In this document: positions 28,277-37,965 of the stretch, one piece after another
Position numbering within the stretch: the first letter of the stretch is position 1
Layout of the letters: every line of letters begins with the position of its first letter
Source of the DNA: Candidatus Krumholzibacteriia bacterium
Lineage (GTDB): Bacteria > Krumholzibacteriota > Krumholzibacteriia > LZORAL124-64-63
Reading direction: 5' to 3'
DNA: 54,084 nt
Assembly: GCA_046484865.1 (NCBI GenBank)
Contig: JAWOID010000035.1
Coordinates: 1-54,084 of the forward strand
Position numbers and translations under genes: made by a program
Notes under the pieces: model-generated
Database searches by the model: none
What the model saw: the letters and a program-made list of their open reading frames with translations, nothing else
Told to the model about the DNA's origin: nothing

Positions 28277-28328
28277 AAGCGGACCCGGCGGGTCCGCGGA
28301 CCTCCCTGCGGCGCCCCCGCGGTCGCCT

Positions 28329-29264
28329 TCAGCGCCGCCGCGCGGCGGTCCGGGCGCGCGGATGAGCGGCGCGATACGCTTCCGCGAGGAAGGAGCGGTC
28401 CACGTGGGTGTAGATCTCGGTGGTGGAGATGTCGGCGTGTCCGAGCAGCTCCTGCACCACCCGCAGGTCGGCGCCGCCTTCCAGCAGGTGGGTGGCGTAG
28501 CAGTGGCGCAGCGTGTGGGGGCTGACGGTGTCCGCCAGGCCGGCCGCGCACGCGCAGCGCTTGACGAGACTCCACACCGACACGCGCGACAGCCGTCCGC
28601 CGCGACGGTTCAGCAGCAGGGCCGCCGAGCTGCGGGATCCCAGGAGGCGACCCCGCTCCGCCGCCAGGTAGCGGTCCACCGCGCGCAGCGCCGGCTCGCC
28701 TGCCGGCAGCACCCGCTGCTTGCCCCCCTTGCCGCGCACCCGGACGGTCTGCTCGCGGCGTTCGACATCGCGCAGATCCAGGCCGCACAGCTCGCTCACC
28801 CTCAGCCCGCACCCGTAGAGGAGTTCCAGCGTTGCGTGGTCGCGCAGGCGCGTGGCGCCCGGCGGAACCCCGGCCAGCAGGCGCTCCACCTGGCGAGGCG
28901 AGAGCACCCGCGGCAGCTTGCGACCGACCCGCGGCGAGAGCAGGGTGGCCGTGGGATCGTGCGTGATGATCCCCTCGCGCACGGCGAACCGGCAGAACGA
29001 GCGCAGCGTCGAGATCAGGCGGGCCCGCGAGCGGGGTGCCAGGTCGGCGGCCGCCTCCACCAGGAACGCCCGCAGGTCCTGGACGCCGAGCACGATGGGG
29101 TCGTGGCGGTCGCGCGCGCGGGCCCAGGCGACCAGGCGGTCGAGGTCGCGGCCGTACGCCGCCAGCGTGTTGGCGGCCAGCCCCCGGTCGGCGCTGGCGT
29201 GGGCCAGGAAGGCATCGCGTGCCAGATCCCACCCGTCCGCCCCGTCGCCACGCGCGCGGCTCAC
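28329..29264 (-). CDS. xerD: Tyrosine recombinase XerD
   Basis: GLAANTLAAYGRDL, LYGCGLRVSEL, GKGGKQR, SPHTLRH, LGHADISTTEIY. Confidence 0.88.
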   Translation of the reverse strand: MSRARGDGADGWDLARDAFLAHASADRGLAANTLAAYGRDLDRLVAWARARDRHDPIVLGVQDLRAFLVEAAADLAPRSRARLISTLRSFCRFAVREGIITHDPTATLLSPRVGRKLPRVLSPRQVERLLAGVPPGATRLRDHATLELLYGCGLRVSELCGLDLRDVERREQTVRVRGKGGKQRVLPAGEPALRAVDRYLAAERGRLLGSRSSAALLLNRRGGRLSRVSVWSLVKRCACAAGLADTVSPHTLRHCYATHLLEGGADLRVVQELLGHADISTTEIYTHVDRSFLAEAYRAAHPRARTAARRR

Positions 29265-31126
29265 GCGTCGCCCTCGCGAACTTCGTCCGCGGCGCCGGGC
29301 AGATCGGGGCGCTGCGCGAAGAACGCGGTCAGGTTCGCCACGTCCTGCCGCCCGATCCCGCGCACCGCCAGCAACTCGTCCGGCGCGGCGCGCGCGATCC
29401 CCGCCAGGCTGCCGAAGCGGTGCAGGAGGCTCAGCTTCTTCACCTCGCCGATCCCCGGCACCAGGTCGAGCGCCGACGCGACGGTGCGTCGGTCCCGCAG
29501 CAGGCGGTGATAGGTGATGGCGAAGCGGTGAGCCTCGTCGCGGACCCGCTGCAGGAGCTTGAGCGCGGAGCTGGAGCGGGGCAGGCGGATCTCCTCGCCG
29601 TCACGGTGGATGGTCTCCTCTCGCTTGGCCAGGCCGACGAGCTGGGTATTGGCGAAGCCGTGCCGCGCCAGCACCCGGCGGGCCACCGCCACCTGCCCGC
29701 TGCCGCCGTCCACCATCACCAGGTCGGCGGGCGCCTCCCCCTGCTCCGCCAGCCGCCCGTAGTAGCGGTCGAGCACCTCGCCCATGCTGGCGAGGTCGTC
29801 CGTCCCCGGCACCGTGCGGATCCGGAACCGGCGGTAGCGCGCCTTCAGCGGCTCGCCGCCGCGGAAGTACACCAGCGAACCGACCGTCTCGCGTCCCTGG
29901 AAGTTCGAGATGTCGAAGCACTCGATGGTCTCCGGAACCGCATGCAGGCCGAGGGCCTCCTGGAGCTGGACGGCCGCCGGGGTGACGCTGCGCCCGCTGC
30001 CGCCCGCCAGGGTCCGCTCGCCCAGCTTGTAGGCCGCGTTGGCCGCGGCCAGTTCCACCGCGCGCCGCTTGGCTCCGCGACGGGGGTGCCGCACGCGCAC
30101 GCGCCGGCCGCGCAGCGTTTGCAGCCAGACCTCCCAGTTCTCCGGTTCCGACAGCGGATGCGAGAGCAGCACCTCGCCCGGGATGTCGCCGGCGCGCCCG
30201 TAGTACTCCCGCAGGAGCTGGGCCACGAACACCTCGGTGTCCCGCTCCAGTCGATCGGTGAGCTGGAAGTGATGCGTGGTCAGGACCTTGCCCTGCCTCA
30301 CGCGCAGCACCACGCCGGTGGCGTCGGCACCGTCGCGCGCCACGCCGCACAGGTCGGCGTCGCCGCCGATGCCGCCGATGGTCAGCGATCGCGCCACCGT
30401 GCGCTCCAGCCGCACCAGCCGGTCCCGGACCCGGGCGGCCTCCTCGAAGCGCAGGTCGCCGGCGAACGCGTCCATCTCGGCGCGCAGTTCGTCCATCACG
30501 CGGCGGTCCTGCCCCTCGAGGAACTGGACCAGGCGCCGGACCTTGCGGCCGTAGCCCTCGAGGTCGTCCAGTCCGGTGCAGGGGGCGCTGCAGCGGCCGA
30601 TCTGGTAGTCCAGGCAAGGCCGCGGCACGGTGGGGTCCGGCAGGTCGAGCGCGCACGTGCGCACCTGGAAGAGCCCGGCGGCGAAGCGCAGGGTATCGCG
30701 CATGGATCGCACGTCGGTATAGGGTCCGAAGTAGCGCGCGCCGTCGCTCTCGATGCGGCGCACCACCGTCACCCGCGGATACGGCTCCTGCAGCGAGATC
30801 CTCAGGTACGGATACTGCTTGTCGTCCTTCAGGCGGACGTTGAACCGCGGCCGATACTCCTTGATCAGCTGGTTCTCCAGCACCAGCGCCTCGGCCTCGG
30901 TCTCGGTGGCGATGTAGTCGAAGTCGGCGACCCGCTCCACCAGCGAGGCGGTTTTCGGCTCGTGGTCGGCCCCCGGCTGGAAGTAGGAGCGCACCCGCTG
31001 GTTCAGGCGCTTCGCCTTGCCCACGTAGATGACCCTGCCCCGCTCGTCCTTGTGCAGGTAGACGCCCGGCGCGGCCGGCAGCAGCCGGAGCTTGGCGTCG
31101 ACGGTGGCGGGGAGCATCCTTGACAT
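29261..31126 (-). CDS. uvrC: Excinuclease ABC subunit C
   Basis: GIY-YIG (PGVY..IYVGKA), Cys cluster, UVR domain, IECFDISN, DGGSGQ, RDEAHRFA, HhH; start at 31126 or 31117. Confidence 0.96.
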   Translation of the reverse strand: MSRMLPATVDAKLRLLPAAPGVYLHKDERGRVIYVGKAKRLNQRVRSYFQPGADHEPKTASLVERVADFDYIATETEAEALVLENQLIKEYRPRFNVRLKDDKQYPYLRISLQEPYPRVTVVRRIESDGARYFGPYTDVRSMRDTLRFAAGLFQVRTCALDLPDPTVPRPCLDYQIGRCSAPCTGLDDLEGYGRKVRRLVQFLEGQDRRVMDELRAEMDAFAGDLRFEEAARVRDRLVRLERTVARSLTIGGIGGDADLCGVARDGADATGVVLRVRQGKVLTTHHFQLTDRLERDTEVFVAQLLREYYGRAGDIPGEVLLSHPLSEPENWEVWLQTLRGRRVRVRHPRRGAKRRAVELAAANAAYKLGERTLAGGSGRSVTPAAVQLQEALGLHAVPETIECFDISNFQGRETVGSLVYFRGGEPLKARYRRFRIRTVPGTDDLASMGEVLDRYYGRLAEQGEAPADLVMVDGGSGQVAVARRVLARHGFANTQLVGLAKREETIHRDGEEIRLPRSSSALKLLQRVRDEAHRFAITYHRLLRDRRTVASALDLVPGIGEVKKLSLLHRFGSLAGIARAAPDELLAVRGIGRQDVANLTAFFAQRPDLPGAADEVREGDA

Positions 31127-31148
31127 GGTTTTCCAGTCCTATTAGATT
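31120..31148 (+). promoter_or_regulatory. sigma70-type promoter of rpsT
   Basis: TTGACA - 17 bp - TAGATT, the same hexamers as the tRNA-Gly promoter. Confidence 0.75.
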
Positions 31149-31179
31149 CTCCGCCTTGCGGAGATCCCTGGAGGTACTG

Positions 31180-31446
31180 ATGCCGCATCACAAGAGTAGC
31201 AAGAAGCGCCTGCTCACGAGCAAGAAGCGGAACCTGCGCAATCGCCAGAACCGCGCCACGATGCGCTCGGCGCTCAAGAAGTTCCGGACGGAAGCCGCCG
31301 GCGCCTCGCCCGAGCAGAAGCTCGCCGAGTTGCCCGCTCTCTACAGCCTGGTGGACGTGCAGGCGCGCAAGGGAATCATCCCGAAGCAGCGCGCGTCCAG
31401 GCTGAAGAGCCGCCTGGCCGCCCTGGCGGCCAAGGGACAGGGCTGA
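31180..31446 (+). CDS. rpsT: 30S ribosomal protein S20
   Basis: MPHHKSSKKR..RNLRNR..MRSALKK..KGII...ASRLKSRL; GGAGG RBS. Confidence 0.95.
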   Translation: MPHHKSSKKRLLTSKKRNLRNRQNRATMRSALKKFRTEAAGASPEQKLAELPALYSLVDVQARKGIIPKQRASRLKSRLAALAAKGQG

Positions 31447-31531
31447 GGAGCCGCGCCGACCCCCGGGCCGAAACCCCGAGTTCGCCGTCTCTCCTGCCCG
31501 CGCCGCGCCCGTGGCCGAACCGCAGTTCTCG

Positions 31532-31558
31532 AAGGGCCCGCCCCCGGCGGGCCCTTTC
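31532..31558. terminator. Hairpin terminator between convergent rpsT and dapB
   Basis: AAGGGCCCGCC-ccc-GGCGGGCCCTT followed by TC. Confidence 0.7.
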
Positions 31559-31585
31559 GCGTGCCCGCCGGCGAACCGGCGCCGT

Positions 31586-32374
31586 TCAGGCGCGCGGCCG
31601 GCGCGCCGCCGCGTCGGCCAGCGACCGCAGCACGTCCGTCAGTCCGTAGAGCCCGTGCTCCCGGCTCGCCGCGAACCGCACCGCCGGCAGCACCCCCCGC
31701 AGGAACGCGCGCCGGGTCTGCGCACGATGGGTGACCACGAGCATCTCCTCGGCATCGCCGATCAGCCACGTGTGCTCCCCGACCACCTCGCCCAGCCGCA
31801 CCGCATGCGTGGGCACCTCGGTGCCGCGCAACTCGGTCCAGGCGTCGGCCAGCCAGCGGGCCGTGCCGCTGGGCCGGTCCTGCTTGTGAACATGGTGGGT
31901 CTCGACCTGTTCCGCCTGGAAGCGCTCCGGCAGGGTGCGCGCGAGCAACTGCAGCACCAGCCGGAGGGCCGGCACGCCGATGCTGAAGTTGGCCGCCCTG
32001 ACGACCGGCCAGCGGGCGGCATACGCCTCGAGAGCCCGCTCCTGCTCGGGATCGAAGCCGGTGGTGCCCACCACCAGCGCCGCCTGGCCGCGGGCGGCCT
32101 GCTCCAGCAGCCCCGGCAGCGCGGCCGCCAGCGAGAAGTCGACCACCACGCCGCCGCGCGGGTGGACCTCGGCCAGGCGTTCCTGGCCCACGACCGGCAG
32201 CCGTGGATGCAGCTCGCCGGCGGGGCGTTCGCGGCCGGGAGCGTCCACCAGCGCGACCAGCCGCAGGTCACGCGCGTTCTCCACCAGCTCCACCACCAAA
32301 CGGCCCATGCGTCCGCTCGCGCCGTGCACGGTGACGGGAATGACCGGACCGTTGCCGGCCGTCTCCGGGCTCAT
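31586..32374 (-). CDS. dapB: 4-hydroxy-tetrahydrodipicolinate reductase
   Basis: GASGRMG, VVGTTG, ANFSIG, ETHHVHKQDRPSGTA. Confidence 0.92.
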   Translation of the reverse strand: MSPETAGNGPVIPVTVHGASGRMGRLVVELVENARDLRLVALVDAPGRERPAGELHPRLPVVGQERLAEVHPRGGVVVDFSLAAALPGLLEQAARGQAALVVGTTGFDPEQERALEAYAARWPVVRAANFSIGVPALRLVLQLLARTLPERFQAEQVETHHVHKQDRPSGTARWLADAWTELRGTEVPTHAVRLGEVVGEHTWLIGDAEEMLVVTHRAQTRRAFLRGVLPAVRFAASREHGLYGLTDVLRSLADAAARRPRA

Positions 32375-33327
32375 CGTCTCGACTCCGGCGCCGCCGGGGC
32401 GCCGCCGTCGTCCTGATCCGCCGGGTCGCGGGCCATCAGATCCGAGAGGATCGCCTCGTGGAACTGCACCAGCGATTTCAGGCTCTTCTCGGTGACGGAC
32501 GCCAGCGGCAGCCGCACCTCCCGCTCGCACAGACCGGCCAGCGACAGCAGTTCCTTCGCCGGGACCGGGTTCGTCTCGACGAAGCACGCCCGCACCACCG
32601 GATCGAACGCCCGCGACATGGGCCAGGCGCGGTTCAGGTCGCCCGCCGCCCACGCTCGCCAGAAGCGGACCATGGCTCCCGGCAGCAGGTTGCTGACCAC
32701 GCTCACCGCCCCGCGGCCGCCCAGCCCGAAGATGGAGAAGTTCAGCCCGTCGTCGCCGCTGAACACCTTCAGGTCGCACTGGCCGATCGCCCGCTCGATC
32801 TGCTCCAGGTTGCCGCTGGCCTCCTTCAACGCCACGATGTTCGGCTCGGCGGACAGCTCGGCGGCCGTCTCCGGCAGCAGGTTGCACGCCGTGCGGCCGG
32901 GCACGTTGTAGAGCACCAGCGGCACGTCCACCGCCCGCGCCACCGTGCGGTAGTGCGCCACCAGTCCGTGCTGCTGCGGCTTGTTGTAGTAGGGGGTGAT
33001 GAGCATGACCGCATCGGCGCCCCACTCCTGGGCCGCCCGGGTCATCGCCACGGTGCTGGCGGTGGCGTTGGTGCCGGCGCCCGCCACCACGGCGCAACGT
33101 CCCTTCGCCATCTCCACCGCGCTGCGCACGAGGTACTCGCGCTCGCTCACCGTGAGCGTCGCCGCCTCGCCGGTGCAACCGGCCGGCACGATCCCAGCCA
33201 CGCCGCCCTCGATCTGTCGCTGCACGAGCCGCTCCCAGGCCTTCCGGTCCACCTCGCCCCGGCGGAAGGGCGTGATCAGGGCGGTGTAGATCCCGTCGGG
33301 CATGTCCCAGGTCTTGCGCGCATTCAT
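32371..33327 (-). CDS. dapA: 4-hydroxy-tetrahydrodipicolinate synthase
   Basis: TALITPF, GCTGE, TPYYNKP, YNVPGRT, LKEA, ETNPVP. Confidence 0.95.
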   Translation of the reverse strand: MNARKTWDMPDGIYTALITPFRRGEVDRKAWERLVQRQIEGGVAGIVPAGCTGEAATLTVSEREYLVRSAVEMAKGRCAVVAGAGTNATASTVAMTRAAQEWGADAVMLITPYYNKPQQHGLVAHYRTVARAVDVPLVLYNVPGRTACNLLPETAAELSAEPNIVALKEASGNLEQIERAIGQCDLKVFSGDDGLNFSIFGLGGRGAVSVVSNLLPGAMVRFWRAWAAGDLNRAWPMSRAFDPVVRACFVETNPVPAKELLSLAGLCEREVRLPLASVTEKSLKSLVQFHEAILSDLMARDPADQDDGGAPAAPESRR

Positions 33328-34190
33328 GTCGTCTCCTTCTGCGTCCCTGAGCCGGCCGGCCGCGTGTCGCCCAGCCGGGTCTCGCCCGTGAACACCGTCA
33401 CCGCCGGACCGCGCAGGCGCAGCGTGCCGCGCTCCGTGTCCACCGTCACCACCAGGATGTCGCCGCCGCGGGTGTGCAGGCTCACCGGTGAGACGGCGAG
33501 CCCCAGGCTCACCAGCACCACCGCGGCCGCCGCAGCGCCCGTGCCGCACGCCAGCGTCTCCGCCTCCACGCCGCGCTCGAAGGTGCGCAGGCGCCAGGAC
33601 GCGCCGTCCCCGGCGGGTCCCACCCAGTCCACGTTCGTTCCGTCCGCGCCTGGGCGCGGATGCCGCCGCAGGAACGGACCTTCGCGCGCGACCGCGACCG
33701 CGTCCACGTCGTCCACCGGGATCACCAGGTGCGGGACCCCGCTATCGCAGAGATGATGCGAGGCGAACGGTGAACCGTCCACGTCCACGTCGAGCGCCAG
33801 GTCGCGCCAACCCGGCAGCGCCACCTCCACGCCGTCGGCGCGGATCTCCGCCGCCACGACCCCGGCCGGCGTCGAGAAGCGGCAGCGGTCGCCGGCCAGA
33901 CCCAGGTAACGGGCGAACGCCACCGCGCACCGGGCGCCGTTGCCGCACATCTCAGCCTCGCCGCCGTCCCGGTTGTAGTAGGTCATGACGAAGTCCACCG
34001 GAGGTTCGCTCGACGCGGCGCCCGCGGGTGGTGGACCCACCACGATCAATCCGTCGGCGCCCACGCCCGTGCGCCGGTGGCAGAGCGCGGCGACGGCGGC
34101 GGCGTCGAGGCCCGCGGGCGGCAGATCCTCGCCGGCGACCATGACGAAGTCGTTGCCGGCACCGTGCATCTTCGAGAACGGCAGGTTCAT
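33324..34190 (-). CDS. dapF: Diaminopimelate epimerase
   Basis: FSKMHGAGNDF, EMCGNG, ERGVEAETLACGTG. Confidence 0.95.
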   Translation of the reverse strand: MNLPFSKMHGAGNDFVMVAGEDLPPAGLDAAAVAALCHRRTGVGADGLIVVGPPPAGAASSEPPVDFVMTYYNRDGGEAEMCGNGARCAVAFARYLGLAGDRCRFSTPAGVVAAEIRADGVEVALPGWRDLALDVDVDGSPFASHHLCDSGVPHLVIPVDDVDAVAVAREGPFLRRHPRPGADGTNVDWVGPAGDGASWRLRTFERGVEAETLACGTGAAAAAVVLVSLGLAVSPVSLHTRGGDILVVTVDTERGTLRLRGPAVTVFTGETRLGDTRPAGSGTQKETT

Positions 34191-35512
34191 GGCTCTCTCT
34201 GCTCCCGGGGCGTGGGCTCCTCCAGTGCGGTCGTATCGGCGGGCGCGGCGTTCAGGGTGTCCGCCGGCGCCGCGACGCCGCCGGGCACCGCCGCGGACGT
34301 GTCCGCAGCGGCTGCGCCGGCCTCGAGCGTCGTGTCGCGCGGCGCCTCGCCGAACCAGGGGACCCGCAGCCGCCAGGCGTCGGGCGAGCGGAAATCCGCC
34401 TCGAGGCCGGGCTCCACCTGGATCGAGTCCGCCATGGCGTGGGGCTCGAACCACCACCGGGCAGGTCGCCCGGCAGAGTCCACCGGCGCGCCGGCCACGG
34501 CGGTGTCCGCCGGCATCACCGAGAAGAGACTGTCGCCGTCCTGGTCGGCGAACAGGATCAGCCGCACCGGTCCGGGACCGGCCCGCTCGAACTCCGTCTC
34601 GCTCCCCGGCTCCACGGGTCGCAGGCTCGACGGAGCGGCGAGTTGCGGCTCGGGCGCCCAGCCGGTGTCGTCCTCCGCGATCGCCTCCACCCAGCCCAGC
34701 ACCGGCCCCCGATCGGCCAGAGCACTGTCGACGACCCCGCGCAACGTGCCGGGCGTGGTCGGCGCGTAGATGGTCACGACGCCCACGTCGACCCGAGGGT
34801 CGTCGCGGGCGACGCGCATGGTGTCGGGCAGCAACCGTTGCGGATCGCTCTCTCGCATCCGCAGATCCCCGTCGCGATCGACGAACGCCCGCACCAGGTA
34901 CGGCCCCGAGGGCACCGCCAGCCAGCGCAGCCGCCAGCGGCCCGTCGAGTCGGTCTCCGTGCGACGCAGCACGTCCTGCTGGAACCAGCGCACCGTGTCC
35001 GGCGGCACCGCGTACAGTTCCACCACGCCTTGGGCGAGCGGTTTGTCCTCGAACACGAGGGTGCCGCCGAGGCTGCCGGACGGCAGCGTGTCCGTGGTGG
35101 CCACGGGGAAACGACGGCCGCGCGGATTCTTCACGCGGTGCATGTCCGCCATGCCGGGACGCAGTTCCACCACCACCACCGTGTCCGGCGGCAGCGGCTC
35201 CTGCAGTTCCACCACCGCCGTGCGCGCCGCCTGCCACGACGTCTTGTTCACCGCCACGCGCGGGTAGAGGACGAGCCACTGGTCCGCCGGGCGACGATCC
35301 ATCTTCTCCGAGAACGTGAAGCGCAGCTCGGTGACGTCGCGCAGGCCCACCGCACCCGATTCGGGCTGGACCGCCGCCAGGACCGGCGGCGTGACATCCT
35401 CCGGTCCGCCGGGCGGCGCCCCCGGCTGGGCGCAGGCGAGCACGAGGGCGAGGCCCGCCGCCAGGAACGGTCCCGCCCACGCTCGTCCCGGTCGCCGGCG
35501 CCTGTCCGCCAT
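34187..35512 (-). CDS. Lipoprotein with a bacterial Ig-like (Big_5-type) domain
   Basis: Lipobox LVLA-C, then AQPGAPPGGPEDVTPP, FTFSEKMD and DxDxD Ca-binding-like loops; alternative start at 35545. Confidence 0.7.
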   Translation of the reverse strand: MADRRRRPGRAWAGPFLAAGLALVLACAQPGAPPGGPEDVTPPVLAAVQPESGAVGLRDVTELRFTFSEKMDRRPADQWLVLYPRVAVNKTSWQAARTAVVELQEPLPPDTVVVVELRPGMADMHRVKNPRGRRFPVATTDTLPSGSLGGTLVFEDKPLAQGVVELYAVPPDTVRWFQQDVLRRTETDSTGRWRLRWLAVPSGPYLVRAFVDRDGDLRMRESDPQRLLPDTMRVARDDPRVDVGVVTIYAPTTPGTLRGVVDSALADRGPVLGWVEAIAEDDTGWAPEPQLAAPSSLRPVEPGSETEFERAGPGPVRLILFADQDGDSLFSVMPADTAVAGAPVDSAGRPARWWFEPHAMADSIQVEPGLEADFRSPDAWRLRVPWFGEAPRDTTLEAGAAAADTSAAVPGGVAAPADTLNAAPADTTALEEPTPREQREP

Positions 35513-35545
35513 CGCTCGGTCCTTTTCGCCGGACATCGACGTCAT

Positions 35546-36463
35546 CTACTTCATCAGGACCGCGAGGATGGCCCGCTGGGCATGGAGCCGGTTCTCGGCC
35601 TCGTCGTACACCACGGAATGCGGCCCATCCATGACCTCGTCGGTGATCTCCTCGCCCCGGTGAGCCGGCAGGCAGTGCAGGACGATGTGCTCCGGATGCG
35701 CCCCCTCCAGCAGCCCGGCGTTGATCTGGAACGGCGCGAAATCGCGGCGGCGCTGCTCCGCCTCCGCCTCCTGGCCCATGCTGTAGAAGGCGTCGGAGTA
35801 GACGACGTGGGCGCCCTCGACGGCCTCGCGCGGATCGTGGGTGATCATGTACGACGCGCCCGCCCGGTCGGCTCTCGCCAGGATCGCCTCGTCCGGCTCG
35901 TAGCCCTCGGGGCACGCCAGCACGAAGTTGAAGGGGAAGCGGACGGCGGCGTTCAGCCAGCTGTTGGCCAGGTTGTTGCCGTCGCCGACCATCACCACGG
36001 TTTTGCCCTCGATCGTGCCGAGGTGCTCCTCGACGGTCATGATGTCGGCCATCACCTGGCAGGGGTGCACCAGGTCGGTCAGACCGTTGATCACCGGCAC
36101 GGTGGCATGCTTCGCCAGCTCGACCACCTCCTGATGGTCGAACCAGCGGATCATGATGCCGTCCACGAGCCGGCTGAGCACCTGGGCCACGTCCTGGACG
36201 GACTCGCGGGTGCCCATGCCGATCTCCTTGTCGGTGATGAACAGCGAACTGCCGCCCAGCTGGCGAATGGCCACCTCGAAGCTCACGCGCGTGCGCAGGC
36301 TCGGCTTGGCGAAGACGCAGGCCAGCACGCGGCCGGGATGGGTGGTCTCCAGCCGGTGCTCGCGCGCCAGCGGCTTCTGCTCGCGGGCGAGGTCGAGGAC
36401 ACCGCGCAGAAAGCCGGTGTCGTGCTGGTCGATCGAGAGGAAATCCTTCTTGGTCGAAGCCAT
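35546..36463 (-). CDS. argF: Ornithine carbamoyltransferase
   Basis: PSLRTR, HPCQ, GDGNN, D..YSMG, HCLPAHRGEE, EAENRLH. Confidence 0.93.
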   Translation of the reverse strand: MASTKKDFLSIDQHDTGFLRGVLDLAREQKPLAREHRLETTHPGRVLACVFAKPSLRTRVSFEVAIRQLGGSSLFITDKEIGMGTRESVQDVAQVLSRLVDGIMIRWFDHQEVVELAKHATVPVINGLTDLVHPCQVMADIMTVEEHLGTIEGKTVVMVGDGNNLANSWLNAAVRFPFNFVLACPEGYEPDEAILARADRAGASYMITHDPREAVEGAHVVYSDAFYSMGQEAEAEQRRRDFAPFQINAGLLEGAHPEHIVLHCLPAHRGEEITDEVMDGPHSVVYDEAENRLHAQRAILAVLMK

Positions 36464-36600
36464 GCTGCCTCCTCCGCCCCGCCGGGGGGCGCCTGCGGGC
36501 TGCGCGCCCGGTTCTCACCACGACACGTCACGGAACGCGGGTCAAGATAGCCAGCGCGGCGGCGGAATCCACCGCCGATCGCACGCGCCCCGCGTCCGGA

Positions 36601-37965
36601 TCAGAGGATGTACCGGCTGAGGTCGTCGTCGGCCACCACCCCCGCCAGCCGCCGTCGCACCTCGTCCCCGTCCACCACCACGGTCCCGGTCCCCTCCGTC
36701 GGCACCGAGTAGAGCAGGTCGTCCAGGAGCTGCGCCATGATGGTCTGCAGCCGGCGCGCGCCGATGTTCTCCAGCCGCCGGTTCAGCTCGGCCGCCAGCC
36801 GGGCGATCTCGGCGATGGCTTCGTCGGTGAAGCTGAGCTGGCAACCGTCCACCCCGAGCATGGCCTCGTACTGGCGCAGCAGCGAGCTGTCGGTGTCGCG
36901 CAGGATGCGGACGAAGTCCTCCTCGCCGAGGCTCTCCAGTTCCACGCGGATGGGAAAGCGTCCCTGCAGTTCGGGGATGAGATCGCTGGGCTTGCTCATG
37001 TGGAAGGCGCCCGCGGCGATGAAGAGCACATGATCGGTGCGCACGGGCCCGTGCTTGGTGGTGACGGTCGAACCCTCGACGATGGGCAGCAGGTCCCGCT
37101 GCACGCCCTCGCGGCTCACGTCCGGTCCGCCACCGCCGCCGCCACCCAGGCGCCCGCCGGCGATCTTGTCGATCTCGTCGAGGAAGATGATGCCGCCCTG
37201 CTCGGTGAGCTGGACCGCCTCCTGCACGATCTGGTCCATGTCCAGGCGCTTCTCCGACTCCTGCTCGCGCAGGATCTGACGGGCCTGCGCCACCGTGACC
37301 ACGCGCTCCCGCTTCTGGCGCGGGAAGAGGTTCTTGAAGTTCTCGCCGAACGAGGCGTCGAATTCCTCGCCCGCGGAGGTGAAGATGTTGGCGATCGGCA
37401 TCGACTGCGTCTCGGTGGTGATGCTCACCTCGCGCTCCTCGAACACCCCCTGGCGCAGCTGCTCGCGGATCTTGCGCGTGGTCCGCTCCACCCGTTCGGT
37501 GCGGTCGGGGTCGTCGCTCGGCGGCAGCGGCGGGAAGAGCACCTCGAGCAGCCGCGCCTCCACCGCCTCCTCGATCTCCGTGTCGAACTGCTGCTCGGCC
37601 CGCCGCCGCACCAGGGCGATGGCGCTCTCGAGGAGGTCGCGCACCATGGAGTCGACGTCGCGGCCGACGTAGCCCTTCTCCGTGAACTTGGTGGCCTCCA
37701 CCTTCAGGAACGGCAGCTCGCCGATCTGGCTCAGGCGCCGCGCGATCTCGGTCTTGCCCACGCCGGTGGGTCCGATCAGGACGATGTTGTTGGGAACAAC
37801 CTCCCGACGCACCTCCTCGGGCAGGCGCATGCGCCGCCAGCGGTTGCGCAGGGCGATGGCGACCGCCCGCTTGGCGTCGGCCTGGCCGATGATGTAGCGG
37901 TCGAGCTTCGCCACGATCTCGGGACAGGTCCAGGAGGCCTCGATGGCCGTCTGCTTGATCTTCAC
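36601..37965 (-). CDS. hslU: ATP-dependent protease ATPase subunit HslU
   Basis: IIGQADAKR, GPTGVGKTE, GYVG, DVSREGVQRDLLP, C-terminal DLSRYIL. Confidence 0.96.
   Translation of the reverse strand: MKIKQTAIEASWTCPEIVAKLDRYIIGQADAKRAVAIALRNRWRRMRLPEEVRREVVPNNIVLIGPTGVGKTEIARRLSQIGELPFLKVEATKFTEKGYVGRDVDSMVRDLLESAIALVRRRAEQQFDTEIEEAVEARLLEVLFPPLPPSDDPDRTERVERTTRKIREQLRQGVFEEREVSITTETQSMPIANIFTSAGEEFDASFGENFKNLFPRQKRERVVTVAQARQILREQESEKRLDMDQIVQEAVQLTEQGGIIFLDEIDKIAGGRLGGGGGGGPDVSREGVQRDLLPIVEGSTVTTKHGPVRTDHVLFIAAGAFHMSKPSDLIPELQGRFPIRVELESLGEEDFVRILRDTDSSLLRQYEAMLGVDGCQLSFTDEAIAEIARLAAELNRRLENIGARRLQTIMAQLLDDLLYSVPTEGTGTVVVDGDEVRRRLAGVVADDDLSRYIL

Noticed and set aside
35546..36463. SLRT motif suggesting an N-acetyl/N-succinylornithine transcarbamylase
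   Set aside because: DxxxSMG and HCLPAHRGEE are typical of ordinary ornithine carbamoyltransferase.
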